Below the pieces are notes generated by a model. The model made no database searches. It was not told the DNA's origin and was given only the letters and a program-made list of their open reading frames with translations. Of a DNA stretch of 64,000 nucleotides, positions 22,901-32,162 are shown in pieces; position 1 is the stretch's first letter; each line of letters begins with the position of its first letter. The position numbers were made by a program, and so were the translations under genes. This stretch comes from Porphyridium purpureum (taxonomy: Eukaryota), in NCBI GenBank assembly GCA_008690995.1, contig VRMN01000001.1:1178001-1242000 (forward strand), written 5' to 3'.

Positions 22901-23250
22901 ACAAGAAGAGGTATAACCGCGTGCAAGACGCATTAACAGACATGGGTGTTAGTGTTGTGTTTGGAGCGCTTACCACTATTAGCGCAGGAGCCTTTTTGTT
23001 CGGTCCAGAATTGCTCTTCTTCCCTAAGTTTGGGGGTCTTTTGATGGTTACATGTGCTTTCAGCCTTCTATGGTCTCTCACCTTCTTCACGTCGCTGTTG
23101 CATGTGGTGGGTCCTGACAATCACTTTGGCGACTTGCGGCCTGGGCTGAAGAAATTATGGGCCAAGATGGGACCTAGTCTTCGGCGCCTCAAATCAAAAT
23201 GCTGCGGGTGTTTCGGGAAGAATGACGAACGAGAGGCAAACGAAGTTTAA
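19972..23250 (+). CDS. Dispatched/Patched-family RND transporter with sterol-sensing domain
   Basis: 1092 aa with 1+5/1+5 TM layout, TM4 GIGADD, TTSCTTAAAF, TM10 GFSIDYIVH and two luminal domains. Confidence 0.9.
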   Translation: MDGATAGGASSAGLVEAEASPSGALHTGADQEGHRDELELGVGDGSKSTRASSSLEVDDEASGDGKAPQRKRIRYVDSVAKHPGRWLALWILIPVAAAIVLVFTKAFSLADQTTYDYLIWSNLVVQQAVSVDAAQETVYAEADVKITPRTQERQSWNVYIMFKALTEDGNLLQAERLAFIKSIEDEFRLTYEGYSDFCWLDEAFLDCQGVVPTCSFPETISRSQDLYGLYTDTDPEEFCAITQTSPVPPRANVTALVDSLILPNGQVNSEYAYYLGTGFSSSNLTSEYLRSVFPMGAPLEGYDNQETQKDKQRDSFEDWIQDVVTWAESKSTDEVQILVYNQSYLNYLFGEMANKAFFWAVGSIVAVLFFVWFHTASLYLAIMTMLQIVLAFPLTYFIYYFIFRVSYFSSMHMLSIFLILGIGADDVFVFIDAFHQSRVELGKDAIIEDRLDWAWRRAAKAMLTTSCTTAAAFFITALSSIMPISTFGIWAGALIIIQYIWCILMFPCNVVIWERVFSERHWRYCLRKTAKDGSKPKPIRVVPASVQSKLDGFVRSPDMHASESETSNQVEHDGEHEMGGTLETQNVDHVILQHASDGSPSESDLSSDSAAVEKVKHAHEDEYRWIELFFRNPFNKYVFKMRYVNVLCGAALLGVCIWLATTLQPLQEEEDWFPESHPSRKSINWMSDNFFISGAANSFLKVKAVYGIAGLDRSGADRYDPEDIGEPIWDTALDLKPAVNQEALVSACLQISSNEELVSASVPGAVECWITEFKAYRQEIFGLDDFENYASEAALVSDLKAFFNYTTVDGSQPYIKYIDSESVGIENDQLLYFFFLFQTNEKVDQPYSRMWPIVQAWNATMTDVNEGMPRGVNMAYATAGNAWAWVITQDVLVQNMFEGIGLAIGISFFALVVSTLNVWIAVLATICVGSVVTCVLGSLAVAGVQLGVVETVAAVIVVGFSIDYIVHISHAYVESFHKKRYNRVQDALTDMGVSVVFGALTTISAGAFLFGPELLFFPKFGGLLMVTCAFSLLWSLTFFTSLLHVVGPDNHFGDLRPGLKKLWAKMGPSLRRLKSKCCGCFGKNDEREANEV

Positions 23251-23571
23251 CTGCGGCTGATTTACAACCAGGCGTACCGTCTCAACTTTCCTAGTTCATG
23301 GTGCTTTGTAATTTAAAATCCTTTGTTGAGCATTGCCGCAGAGAAACCAACTGGTTTTGGAGGCGGAAATGGGACAATCATTTTGTGCAGCATCCCGGCA
23401 ACCAAAGTGCCGCGTCTGTCAAGAAACCACAAAAGCCGCAACGACGCAGTCTCTTCCTACTTCGGTATCCGCATTCGAAGGGCTGGTGCCAATTTGCAGC
23501 CGCGAATGTGCTGGTCATGTGTAACGTGATGTTAGAAAAGCCCGCGTGGAAACGAAGACCAGACAACGCCT

Positions 23572-25125
23572 TTATTCAACATGCTTGTACTTCATGGCAT
23601 CCACGTCTACACCAGGGAAGTAAAATTTGGAGGCGAACCGCTCGACGTCAATCTTGAGCTGTTTGATTTCCTCATTCTTATCGAGATCCTTTGCAAAATC
23701 CGCAAGCTTCTTCCCCGTGCCCTCCTGAATCTTCAGTCCGATTTGCACGCCGCGGTGGAGGAAATCAGCCACGGCGCGGAAATCCTGCTCCTTGAAGCCA
23801 CGCGTTGTCAGCGCTGGTGTACCTATCCTCACGCCACCAGGGTTCATTGGGCTCTTGTCTCCATGCACCGCGTTCTTGTTCAGAGTGATTGCACACAAGT
23901 CGAACACGAGCTGCGCCTTTGAGCCAGTGAAGCCGGTCGGTCTGAGATCCCAGAGAACCAAGTGGTTTTCAGTGCCATCCGTCACGAGCTTGTACCCGTG
24001 GCTCATGAGCTGCGCGGCGAGCGCCTTTGCATTCAGACAAACCTGCTTTTGGTACTCCTTGAACGCTGGCGTGGTTACTTCCTTGAGCTGCACAGCGAGA
24101 GCCGCGATCTGATGGTTATGCGGGCCTCCCTGCAGCGCTGGGAACACCGCCTGATTAATCTTGTCTTCCATGTCCATCCCATTCAACTCGCGCTTGTAGA
24201 AAATCAAGCCAGAGCGCGGACCCCGTAGCGACTTGTGCGTTGTTGAGGTTACAACGTCAGCGTAATCGAACGGACTGACTGCTTGTCCGGTAGCCACCAA
24301 GCCCGAAATGTGCGCCATGTCAACGAGCAAGTACGCGCCGTTGTCGTTGGCAATCTGGCGGAAACGAGCATAGTCCCATTCACGCGGGTACGCGCTGCCA
24401 CCTGCAATAATGAGTTGCGGGCGATACAACGAAGCCAGTGACTCCAAACTGTCGTAATCAATAATCCCGGTGGTCTCGTCCACACGGTAAGGCAAGGACT
24501 CAAAGTAGATGGATGTGGCAGAGACCTTTTTCTTTGCCGTGTAGAAGCCGTGCGTCAAATGGCCGCCCGAAGGCAGGTCCAGGCCCATGATGCGGTCGTG
24601 TGGCCGCAGGAGCGCCGTGTATGCTGCAAAGTTTGCAGGCGATCCCGAGTACGGCTGCACGTTCACTCCCCATACCTTTGGGTCAAGATTGAAAGCGGCC
24701 AGTGCACGCTGCTGGCAGAGCCGCTCCACCTGGTCCACAATTTCATTGCCGCCATAGTAGCGCGCGCCAGGGTAACCCTCCGAATATTTGTTCGTCAATA
24801 CCGAGCCCAGTGTCTCAAGCACCGCCTGCGAGGTGAAATTCTCGGACGCGATGAGCTCAAGGCCCGACCACTGGCGGTGCTTCTCCTTCTCCACCAGGTC
24901 AAACACTTCCGGGTCGGCCTGCTCGAGCGGCACGCTTCCGGAACCCACGGCTGGTACCGTCTCGCGATCCTGTAGCACCATGTTCAGCGCGGTCGAACGA
25001 GGGCGCGCCGATGCCACGTTGCGGGTTTGGACGTGAATCTTGCGTTGCGTGCGCACTGCAGCGCGCGCGTGCGAGGGGGCGCCCAATGCGGGCCCGGCCA
25101 CGGCGCCGGACACAAACGCTGCCAT
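23572..25125 (-). CDS. SHMT: Serine hydroxymethyltransferase, plastid-targeted
   Basis: [33 protein letters not shown]-lysine motif [17 protein letters not shown] transit start. Confidence 0.96.
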   Translation of the reverse strand: MAAFVSGAVAGPALGAPSHARAAVRTQRKIHVQTRNVASARPRSTALNMVLQDRETVPAVGSGSVPLEQADPEVFDLVEKEKHRQWSGLELIASENFTSQAVLETLGSVLTNKYSEGYPGARYYGGNEIVDQVERLCQQRALAAFNLDPKVWGVNVQPYSGSPANFAAYTALLRPHDRIMGLDLPSGGHLTHGFYTAKKKVSATSIYFESLPYRVDETTGIIDYDSLESLASLYRPQLIIAGGSAYPREWDYARFRQIANDNGAYLLVDMAHISGLVATGQAVSPFDYADVVTSTTHKSLRGPRSGLIFYKRELNGMDMEDKINQAVFPALQGGPHNHQIAALAVQLKEVTTPAFKEYQKQVCLNAKALAAQLMSHGYKLVTDGTENHLVLWDLRPTGFTGSKAQLVFDLCAITLNKNAVHGDKSPMNPGGVRIGTPALTTRGFKEQDFRAVADFLHRGVQIGLKIQEGTGKKLADFAKDLDKNEEIKQLKIDVERFASKFYFPGVDVDAMKYKHVE

Positions 25126-26250
25126 GTTTGCCCTTTCCGAGTGACGTGCGAATCTGCTGGAGTGAGAGTCGACCACGCAGCACCTTCTCCTCCCTTACGC
25201 TCCAGCGCCGTCGGGCGACAACCTGCGGGCGCTTCGTCCGGCGCGGATGGCCGCCGTTGGAACGACAAAAAACCGGCCGCCGTTGTAATTTTGGGTGTAA
25301 TTACACAATTGAACGAAGTACAGTTACCGTTGTCCACAGATGCGCGAGGGCACACGGCAATTTCAAGTGGCAACAGATGGCCGCGTCGCGTCCCGTGTGG
25401 CGCGGGGCTCTGCTTCCGAGACTGGCGTGCAGCGGGCAAAACCTGTTTTTGGTGCGACGTAGTGCGCCGTAGTGCACCAAATTGCGCCAATGCGGAGAGG
25501 AACGTGCCTGACCTCGGCTTTGCATGTGCGGAAATGTCGACACTGGAGTCTTGTGCGGCGGTACAGAATGTCCCCAAGCTCGGCAACTTTTCTGTCGGGG
25601 TCTAAACGCGAAACACAAGCTGGCGACGCCAAATGCTCCAACTCCGGACCCAGCGTTTGAGATGGAAAAGGAGAGGCCCTTGAGAAGCTGAAGGCCACCA
25701 GTCGTATGTTGCAGCGCCAGGCGGGATCACGTCCCGCTTGAGGCAGTCTCGAGCCTTCCGACGCAAAGTCGCTTGCTGTAAGTGGCTTACTGGCTCCGGA
25801 TCGTTTTGATGCGGAACAAAGACGCCAGGGTCGGCGCAACCCAGTGGACAACACTGCCTGAGAGCGTGCGTTAACGACGACGGTGCCGACAACAACGCTT
25901 GCCGGCTCGCGTCCATATTTGGCATTTGCGAAAAGATAAACGTTTGAGAAGATAGATGTTGTCACTTGCACGAGATTCATCACAAGCGTTGGCAGACACG
26001 TCCAGGCTCGATTCGGCAAAAGAGCGCCCCTTGCAGCTGTATTCGGACGTAACCCTTGCCGGATAATGGCCAGTGCCTGTGGCAGCGCCCAAAGATCGTG
26101 ACCGTGTGTGTCTTGCAGACCGAGCGCGATTGCCGTAGAATTAGTGAGCCGCTTTCCGTCAGGGGAGGGAAACAGACCTTTATTCGCCATGTTTCCAATC
26201 TGCCCTCCCATACTCACACCAAACATCACATTTCCGGGGACTCGGCGTTT

Positions 26251-26270
26251 GGGGGGGGGGGGGGGGGGGG
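26251..26270. repeat. G20 homopolymer
   Basis: 20 consecutive G in intergenic DNA. Confidence 0.9.
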
Positions 26271-26999
26271 CATCAAGCATCAAGCGCACGGCTCATGATC
26301 TTAATTTCTATTGTAAATCGGCGCGTGCTTGTCCTTTAACACATAAAAAGCAGTCGTGAAAAATTCGAATTTCGGGTGTCAAGATGAAGATCACGTGAAC
26401 GAGCTTGTTCTTGTTGTCCTGAGGCTGTTCGTTCCGCATCGCGTGTTTTCTACTCGGACGTCCTTCGGCATGTCCGAGTGGACAAGACAGCAGCAACCAC
26501 ACAAACGGCCGTCAGGCAAAGCCAAACTCGACGACGCCCAAAAAGCAACCCGCACAGATGACCGAGGCGCGAGCGTCATGGGCGTAATGGTTGGGCGTGC
26601 ACGATAGGAGATATCCTGGCGCTTCGGCCGTTTTCGCACGCGTAAAGGGGTTTTTCATGTCAGGACGCCGGTTCTCCATTTTGAACGGATGACTGAATCC
26701 TCGCGAGGCGCCTGAGACAGTGTGTGAGAATGCGATTGCGAATGCAAACTCATTAGAATTACAGCGGAAATGAATTAGGAGTCCCATTCTCTCTCCCTTT
26801 CGGCTGCGTTCGCACGACAGTGTCTATCTACATCACCGACAGACTTGCTTTGTCGATCATCAGGCCGGCGTTCACGTTGCGCCTCACGGTCAGGTTTGGG
26901 AAGGGAGAGCTATCACGGTCGCGGTTCTTAATGCGACTGTGCGGACATTTGGAGAGCACATGAGCACCGAACCCGGGCAAGAAAAGGTGCACTTAGATC

Positions 27000-28307
27000 A
27001 TGACGATCGAAGTCGTTCTTGTGAATGAGACGCGTCCCACAGTTGTGCAACCACGAATGAGCGATCGACAAGGTGCGCCGGCACCAGAACGAGACCGGAC
27101 GCGTTCGGGGGACGCGCAAGATACCAGCACGCACAGGATTTCGATCGCCTCGCTTCTCAATCCGCAGCAGGACAACGAGCATAATCAAGAACTCGCCGTC
27201 TCAGCGCTGCAAGGCCAAAGTGCGGCACTTCGTAAGGACAGCGATGAAACTGAACGAGGTCCCGCTGTGCGCACAGCAGTCGTGCAAGCGCACAGCGGCG
27301 GCAGCGGCAGCGGCGGCGGCGGCGGTGCGAGCAGCGACGCGGTGCCGATGAAGTGGAATCGCTTTCGTTCGGCAGCTCAGGATTATGCCGGCGAGCCATG
27401 GTTCGCGCCGCCGCAGAACCAGGAGACCGCAGTTAGCGAGCTAGATAGTTCACACCCGTCGGTCCTTTTCTATTATCTCGCTACGCGCTCAAGAACAGAT
27501 TCGGACGAGCTACACTTCCAGCAACACTTGCAGCAGCAGCAGCGACTACAACAACACCAACAAGAACCGCAGCAACGCCTGCTTGAGCGACCGATTCCTT
27601 TGTACCAACAACAGCAACAGGATCCGCTGCCATGGTCGTCCACGGCAGCACCGAGCGGACAGATGGTGTACGGACACCACTTTCAACAGCAGAGTATGAC
27701 TCTACAAGGTCATCAGCAGAGCATCCACCCACATTCTTTTCGAGGACAAGTGTTTCATGCACGTCAAACATACAGTCCGAGCGGTCGAGTGAGTCCCCAG
27801 CAGTATATGGGACCTTCAGACAGGCTGGACGTTGTCGCTGTAGGGGTACCGGCACCACAATCGCCGCAACGAGGACAAGGCTCGCAGCTGCAAGGCGGAG
27901 TGACAAAGAAGAGTGTGGCTACACCTCCGCAAAAATTTGTGTGTCCGAGCGCGGGCTGCCTCATGGAGTTCACCCGACGCGATAACATGAAGGTGCACAT
28001 GAGACGCCACACCGGTGAAATGCCGTATAAGTGCTTTTATCCGGACTGCTCACGCATGTTCAAATGGAAAAGCTCGTTGAACCATCACATAGGTACGCAC
28101 TATGAAGGACTGGAGCAATTGCTGGCCGCCGGTGAGCTCAAGTGCCCATTTCCCAGCTGTTCGAACGAGTTCTCGCGCGTGTCAACGCTGAACGCGCACA
28201 TGAAATGGCATGTGATCAGCGGCTCGCGCGGTGACGCCGAACAAACAGTGCAATGGATTCCTAGCGCTGACACCGAGGATTCCGATGATGCTCAGGCTCT
28301 TGAGTAA
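27000..28307 (+). CDS. C2H2 zinc-finger transcription factor (3 fingers, Q-rich region)
   Basis: CPSAGC..F.RRDNMKVHMRRH-TGEMPY-CFYPDC...H...H, third finger CPFPSC...HMKWH, N-terminal ISIASLLN motif. Confidence 0.92.
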   Translation: MTIEVVLVNETRPTVVQPRMSDRQGAPAPERDRTRSGDAQDTSTHRISIASLLNPQQDNEHNQELAVSALQGQSAALRKDSDETERGPAVRTAVVQAHSGGSGSGGGGGASSDAVPMKWNRFRSAAQDYAGEPWFAPPQNQETAVSELDSSHPSVLFYYLATRSRTDSDELHFQQHLQQQQRLQQHQQEPQQRLLERPIPLYQQQQQDPLPWSSTAAPSGQMVYGHHFQQQSMTLQGHQQSIHPHSFRGQVFHARQTYSPSGRVSPQQYMGPSDRLDVVAVGVPAPQSPQRGQGSQLQGGVTKKSVATPPQKFVCPSAGCLMEFTRRDNMKVHMRRHTGEMPYKCFYPDCSRMFKWKSSLNHHIGTHYEGLEQLLAAGELKCPFPSCSNEFSRVSTLNAHMKWHVISGSRGDAEQTVQWIPSADTEDSDDAQALE

Positions 28308-28826
28308 AGAGGAACCCAGCGCATCAGAAACCCTTCTTGCATCTTTCCACAATCTTGAGAAACTCAAGAGAAAAGAGCTCAAAGAAGTAGCGCAAAACCA
28401 ATGTTGATGGTCGCTCATGTACCAGCTCCTCTTTTTCCCCTCCTGGGAGGGATCAAAGACGAAGATGGTGTCGCCATCTTCAACTTTGCCTTCACGCCGA
28501 AGGAGAGGTAGGCCCCAGCATGAGAAATCGAGACGCCCAGCGCTTCGAACTTCAGCTAGAAAAAAGGTCTTGGCCCCATTGACGTCACGTTCCAAACCTG
28601 TCCCGCATGCGATCCACTTGTGGATCGTGGCTCCACCGAGGCTGCGACTCCATGTGGTGAAGCCACTCTGAATCATGCCTGAATTTCAAAACCGCCAAAT
28701 TAACGGTTCATCGACTAAATGGATGCGCGAAACCGATAGCGAAATCAGTGCGCCAGAGCGCAGGCGCTCAGCACTGGCGAAATGCTCCAACTGTGAGGAA
28801 GGCGAAGGCGGAGACGAGCAGATTCG

Positions 28827-30131
28827 ATGGACGTGCCTGACACGCGCTGCGTGGAAATTCGCGGCGCGTTAGACATAGGCTCGAGCCAGCACAAGTTGGT
28901 CGTAGCGCGCGTGCGCGTGGCAGCGTCTGGGAATCGCCCGTTGGAGGTGGTCGATATCATGCGAGAGACGCAGATCGCCGTGTACCTGAATGATGCGTTT
29001 GTGGCCGCAAACTGCGCAGAGTTGAGCGCCGGCATTCTTTCTGAATCCGAGACTGCATTGCGCAAGCTCGTGCAGCTTGCACGCGAGGATGGAGCAGGGC
29101 AAATCGCTGGCGTGGCCACAGCCGTGTTCCGCAAGGCAGCGAATGGCGAGTCCTATTTGGCGAGGATCAGCGACACGCTGTGCATCACCATTCGCCTGGT
29201 GACTCAGCAAATGGAGGGGGAGCTTGGGTTCATGAGCGCCCTTGCGCAGCTGCAGCTGCACCGAAACGTGAAACCATCGTCTGTATCGGCGTCGGTGCCA
29301 GGCTTGCCGCCGGCTACTGGTGTGTTGAATCCACCTTCTTGCGCCATTTCTGCAGACTCGCTCGTCTCGTGGGACTCTGGCGGTGGCAGTTTCCAGCTCG
29401 CGGCAGCAATGGAGAGGAAGTCGCATGAGCAACAAGAAGTCAGTGACTCAGAAATTCTCGTCTTTCAGGGCCCTATTGGAAACGCCAATGTTCTTGCGCT
29501 ACTGTGTCGCGTTCGCGGCACTACCTTTTCTCCCGGCAAAACTTGTAATCCGGTTTCTGAGGACGAATTTACTGAGCTAACACGATTAATCGCGCAAGAG
29601 ATTTCCGCGGTGCAAGTACCGCACTGGCTACGCAATCGCCTTGATCAGCCTGACAGCCTTGTGGTCGGAATCGGCAATCGCACCAGCTTATTTTGCGTAG
29701 GGCGCGACGCCACCAGCAAAGAAGAGTTCACCGCGCAGGATGTGCGTGAGTCGTCGCGTGCCCTTCTTGGTAAAGATGATGTCGCTCTCGACCGATACAT
29801 GCGCGAATGCGCCGCGCGCTTTCATTCGGAGGCGTCCTACACGGCTAGCAACGACAAAAGCCACAATTTATCCACAAGACAAGTATCATCGATGTCGTCG
29901 TCAAGCGCGTCATATCCAGAGCCCAAAACCGTTGTTTGTAAGCTGGCGCTCTTGTACACAGTTATGACCCAGCTACAGATTCGTTCCGTGCGATACCAGC
30001 AGACTATGGGCTCGTGTCCGGGTATCCTGCTGGACGACATATTGTGGACCAAGCTTGGCATGCCACCGATGGATCCTGCTCTGGAAGCGAAGGTGTCTGC
30101 GCCGACGCGAGAACGAGCAGGCATGCGATGA
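28827..30131 (+). CDS. Ppx/GppA-family (ASKHA) phosphatase-like protein
   Basis: ALDIGSS, GVATAVFRKAANG, VTQQMEGELGF (catalytic Glu), WDSGGGSFQ. Confidence 0.82.
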   Translation: MDVPDTRCVEIRGALDIGSSQHKLVVARVRVAASGNRPLEVVDIMRETQIAVYLNDAFVAANCAELSAGILSESETALRKLVQLAREDGAGQIAGVATAVFRKAANGESYLARISDTLCITIRLVTQQMEGELGFMSALAQLQLHRNVKPSSVSASVPGLPPATGVLNPPSCAISADSLVSWDSGGGSFQLAAAMERKSHEQQEVSDSEILVFQGPIGNANVLALLCRVRGTTFSPGKTCNPVSEDEFTELTRLIAQEISAVQVPHWLRNRLDQPDSLVVGIGNRTSLFCVGRDATSKEEFTAQDVRESSRALLGKDDVALDRYMRECAARFHSEASYTASNDKSHNLSTRQVSSMSSSSASYPEPKTVVCKLALLYTVMTQLQIRSVRYQQTMGSCPGILLDDILWTKLGMPPMDPALEAKVSAPTRERAGMR

Positions 30132-30256
30132 TCAAAGTCTGACCAAAAACCATAGCCAAGCACCGCTTTAACATTAAATTGCATGCTAATGATATTCGAG
30201 TCCTCGTCGGACGCAAAGTGAGAAACCATCAAGAAAGGCGGGTACACATTCCCAGA

Positions 30257-31483
30257 CTACAGCTCTTCCTTTGGTGGCTCGCCCACAAACGCCTGGGCCT
30301 CTGGAAACAAGGCATGCACCTGCTTGATTTGGTCGGCTGAAAGATGGTCTGGAAATTCGACCCAAAATTCAACAATCATATCGCCCTTGTCAGTGTCGCT
30401 TCTAAAGTGTGGGAGACCTTCGCCCACTACCCGCACTTGCTGTAAAGGCAGCGTGATAGAGCTCTTCTGAATAGGCACGCTTCGACCATCAAGCTGCTTC
30501 ACGACGCGGTTGACGCCCACCAGAGCTTCGCGCAAGGAAATGTTCATGCGGTGAAATAGGTCGTTGCCCATGCGCACAAATCGCTCGTGCGGCTCGGTCT
30601 GTACGCGGAAAATGATATCTCCCGGGTTCATGTCATCATGCTCATCGGCCTCACCTTCAAAGCGCACCTCGCTCATTTCCGGTGCGCCTTGCTCAACGTC
30701 GATGAGAAGCACCTTTTCCACTTCCTCAAACTGGCCCTTGGGACACTTTTCACAGTTTCCCGTGCTGATCTTACCTTTGCCACCGCACTTTGGACATGGG
30801 CTGCGTGTCTGCATCACCGCGAAGCCCATTTGGCGCTGCGACATGACCCAACCGGTGCCGCCACAGGTTGTGCACTTCTTGACACAGTCGCTCCAAGCTG
30901 AACACACAACCTGTTTCTTGTGCGCTGCCTCGATGACATCGCCCGAATACACCGACTCGAGTGACAAAAAGAGAGGCACGACGAGACTCGGGCCCTTCCG
31001 AGCCTCACTGCCGCCGCCGCGTGCGCCACCTCGGCGTCGTCCGCCAAACTCAAAGTCAAAGCCACCAAATCCATCGAAAAAGGAATCGAAAGGATCAAAT
31101 CCGCCTCGTCCGCCGCCACCGCCGCCACCGGCATTCTGCTTGAGCCCCTCTTCTCCGAATCGATCGTACACGCTGCGCTTCTCCGGATCCGACAGCACTT
31201 CGTACGCCTGTCCCAGCTGTACAAACTTATCCTTGGCCGCATCATCATCTGGATTCTTATCTGGATGGTACTGGAGCGACTTCTTCCTATACGCGCGCTT
31301 GATTGTCGCAGCATCGGCGTCCTTTGGCACGCCGAGCAGCGCATAATAATCGGATCCCGCGAGCACGAGCCCGCACAGCAATATCAGCACGATCAGCGCT
31401 ACCACCACATTCACATGGTGCACGTGCCGCCTTCGGCGCCACCATCGCGCGCGCTTTGCACTCGGATCAGCCTCCCTCCCCAT
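30257..31483 (-). CDS. ER-luminal DnaJ/Hsp40 (Scj1/ERdj3-like)
   Basis: Hydrophobic signal segment, J domain with HPD, G/F region, CxxCxGxG repeats, DnaJ_C, C-terminal KEEL. Confidence 0.92.
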   Translation of the reverse strand: MGREADPSAKRARWWRRRRHVHHVNVVVALIVLILLCGLVLAGSDYYALLGVPKDADAATIKRAYRKKSLQYHPDKNPDDDAAKDKFVQLGQAYEVLSDPEKRSVYDRFGEEGLKQNAGGGGGGGRGGFDPFDSFFDGFGGFDFEFGGRRRGGARGGGSEARKGPSLVVPLFLSLESVYSGDVIEAAHKKQVVCSAWSDCVKKCTTCGGTGWVMSQRQMGFAVMQTRSPCPKCGGKGKISTGNCEKCPKGQFEEVEKVLLIDVEQGAPEMSEVRFEGEADEHDDMNPGDIIFRVQTEPHERFVRMGNDLFHRMNISLREALVGVNRVVKQLDGRSVPIQKSSITLPLQQVRVVGEGLPHFRSDTDKGDMIVEFWVEFPDHLSADQIKQVHALFPEAQAFVGEPPKEEL

Positions 31484-32162
31484 CTTCGACAACGCATCAC
31501 CCGCGCTCACACACCCGCTCCCGTCACCCAGCTCCCTTTCAAGTCCCCACCCACACGCACGCTCACCTCGCTCCCATCAATCATTTTGGAGGTACACTTG
31601 CATGTACCCCACCCACACACGCCATCCACAGTTCATCGGTTTCCCGATCGTGGCGGTCCTGTACCTTTACCCGCTGTTCTCGGTTTAACGGTCCATTGCC
31701 GACCGTGCAAGCTCCAGCAAGGCTGCTGTCATGGGGAGGACGTTCCCGTGGCTGAGCGCGTCAGTTTCTATGGCAGTTTCCCCTCGTTTTGCGGTGGAGA
31801 AATACACATGCGTCCTTGTGGGACAAAGAGGTACAGCGCCATGCCTCTTACGTGTCTCTCTGGCGGCACCGCACCGCACCGCCCCGCACCGCCCCGCGCG
31901 GTCATGATTTTGTTAAGCGGGTGAAACACACGTGTCCCGCTGCAAGCAGAGGCGTGGAATTATTTTTAGGTGCATACACAAACGCAAACAAAGCACGTGT
32001 AAAATGGCCGCGTGCCAGATCGGCTCATGGACCGACTGAGCGCGTGGACGATTGCGGAGTTCTGGTGAGAGGGGGGGTCAAGAGCGGCGACGTCTTTGCT
32101 TCCCTGGCGGTCAACTCGTCGGTTGTGCACGCAGTCGACTTGGTGCTAGGGATGGTTCGAGT

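Noticed and set aside
25855..26080. CTGAGA and CCGGATAATG resembling TPP riboswitch fragments
   Set aside because: The spacing is wrong, the ACCTGA junction is missing, and no thiamine gene is adjacent.
25363..26289. 308-aa minus-strand ORF in the long intergenic region
   Set aside because: Non-ATG ORF start, poly-Pro arising from the G20 run, and no motif. Unsupported, though not strictly excluded.
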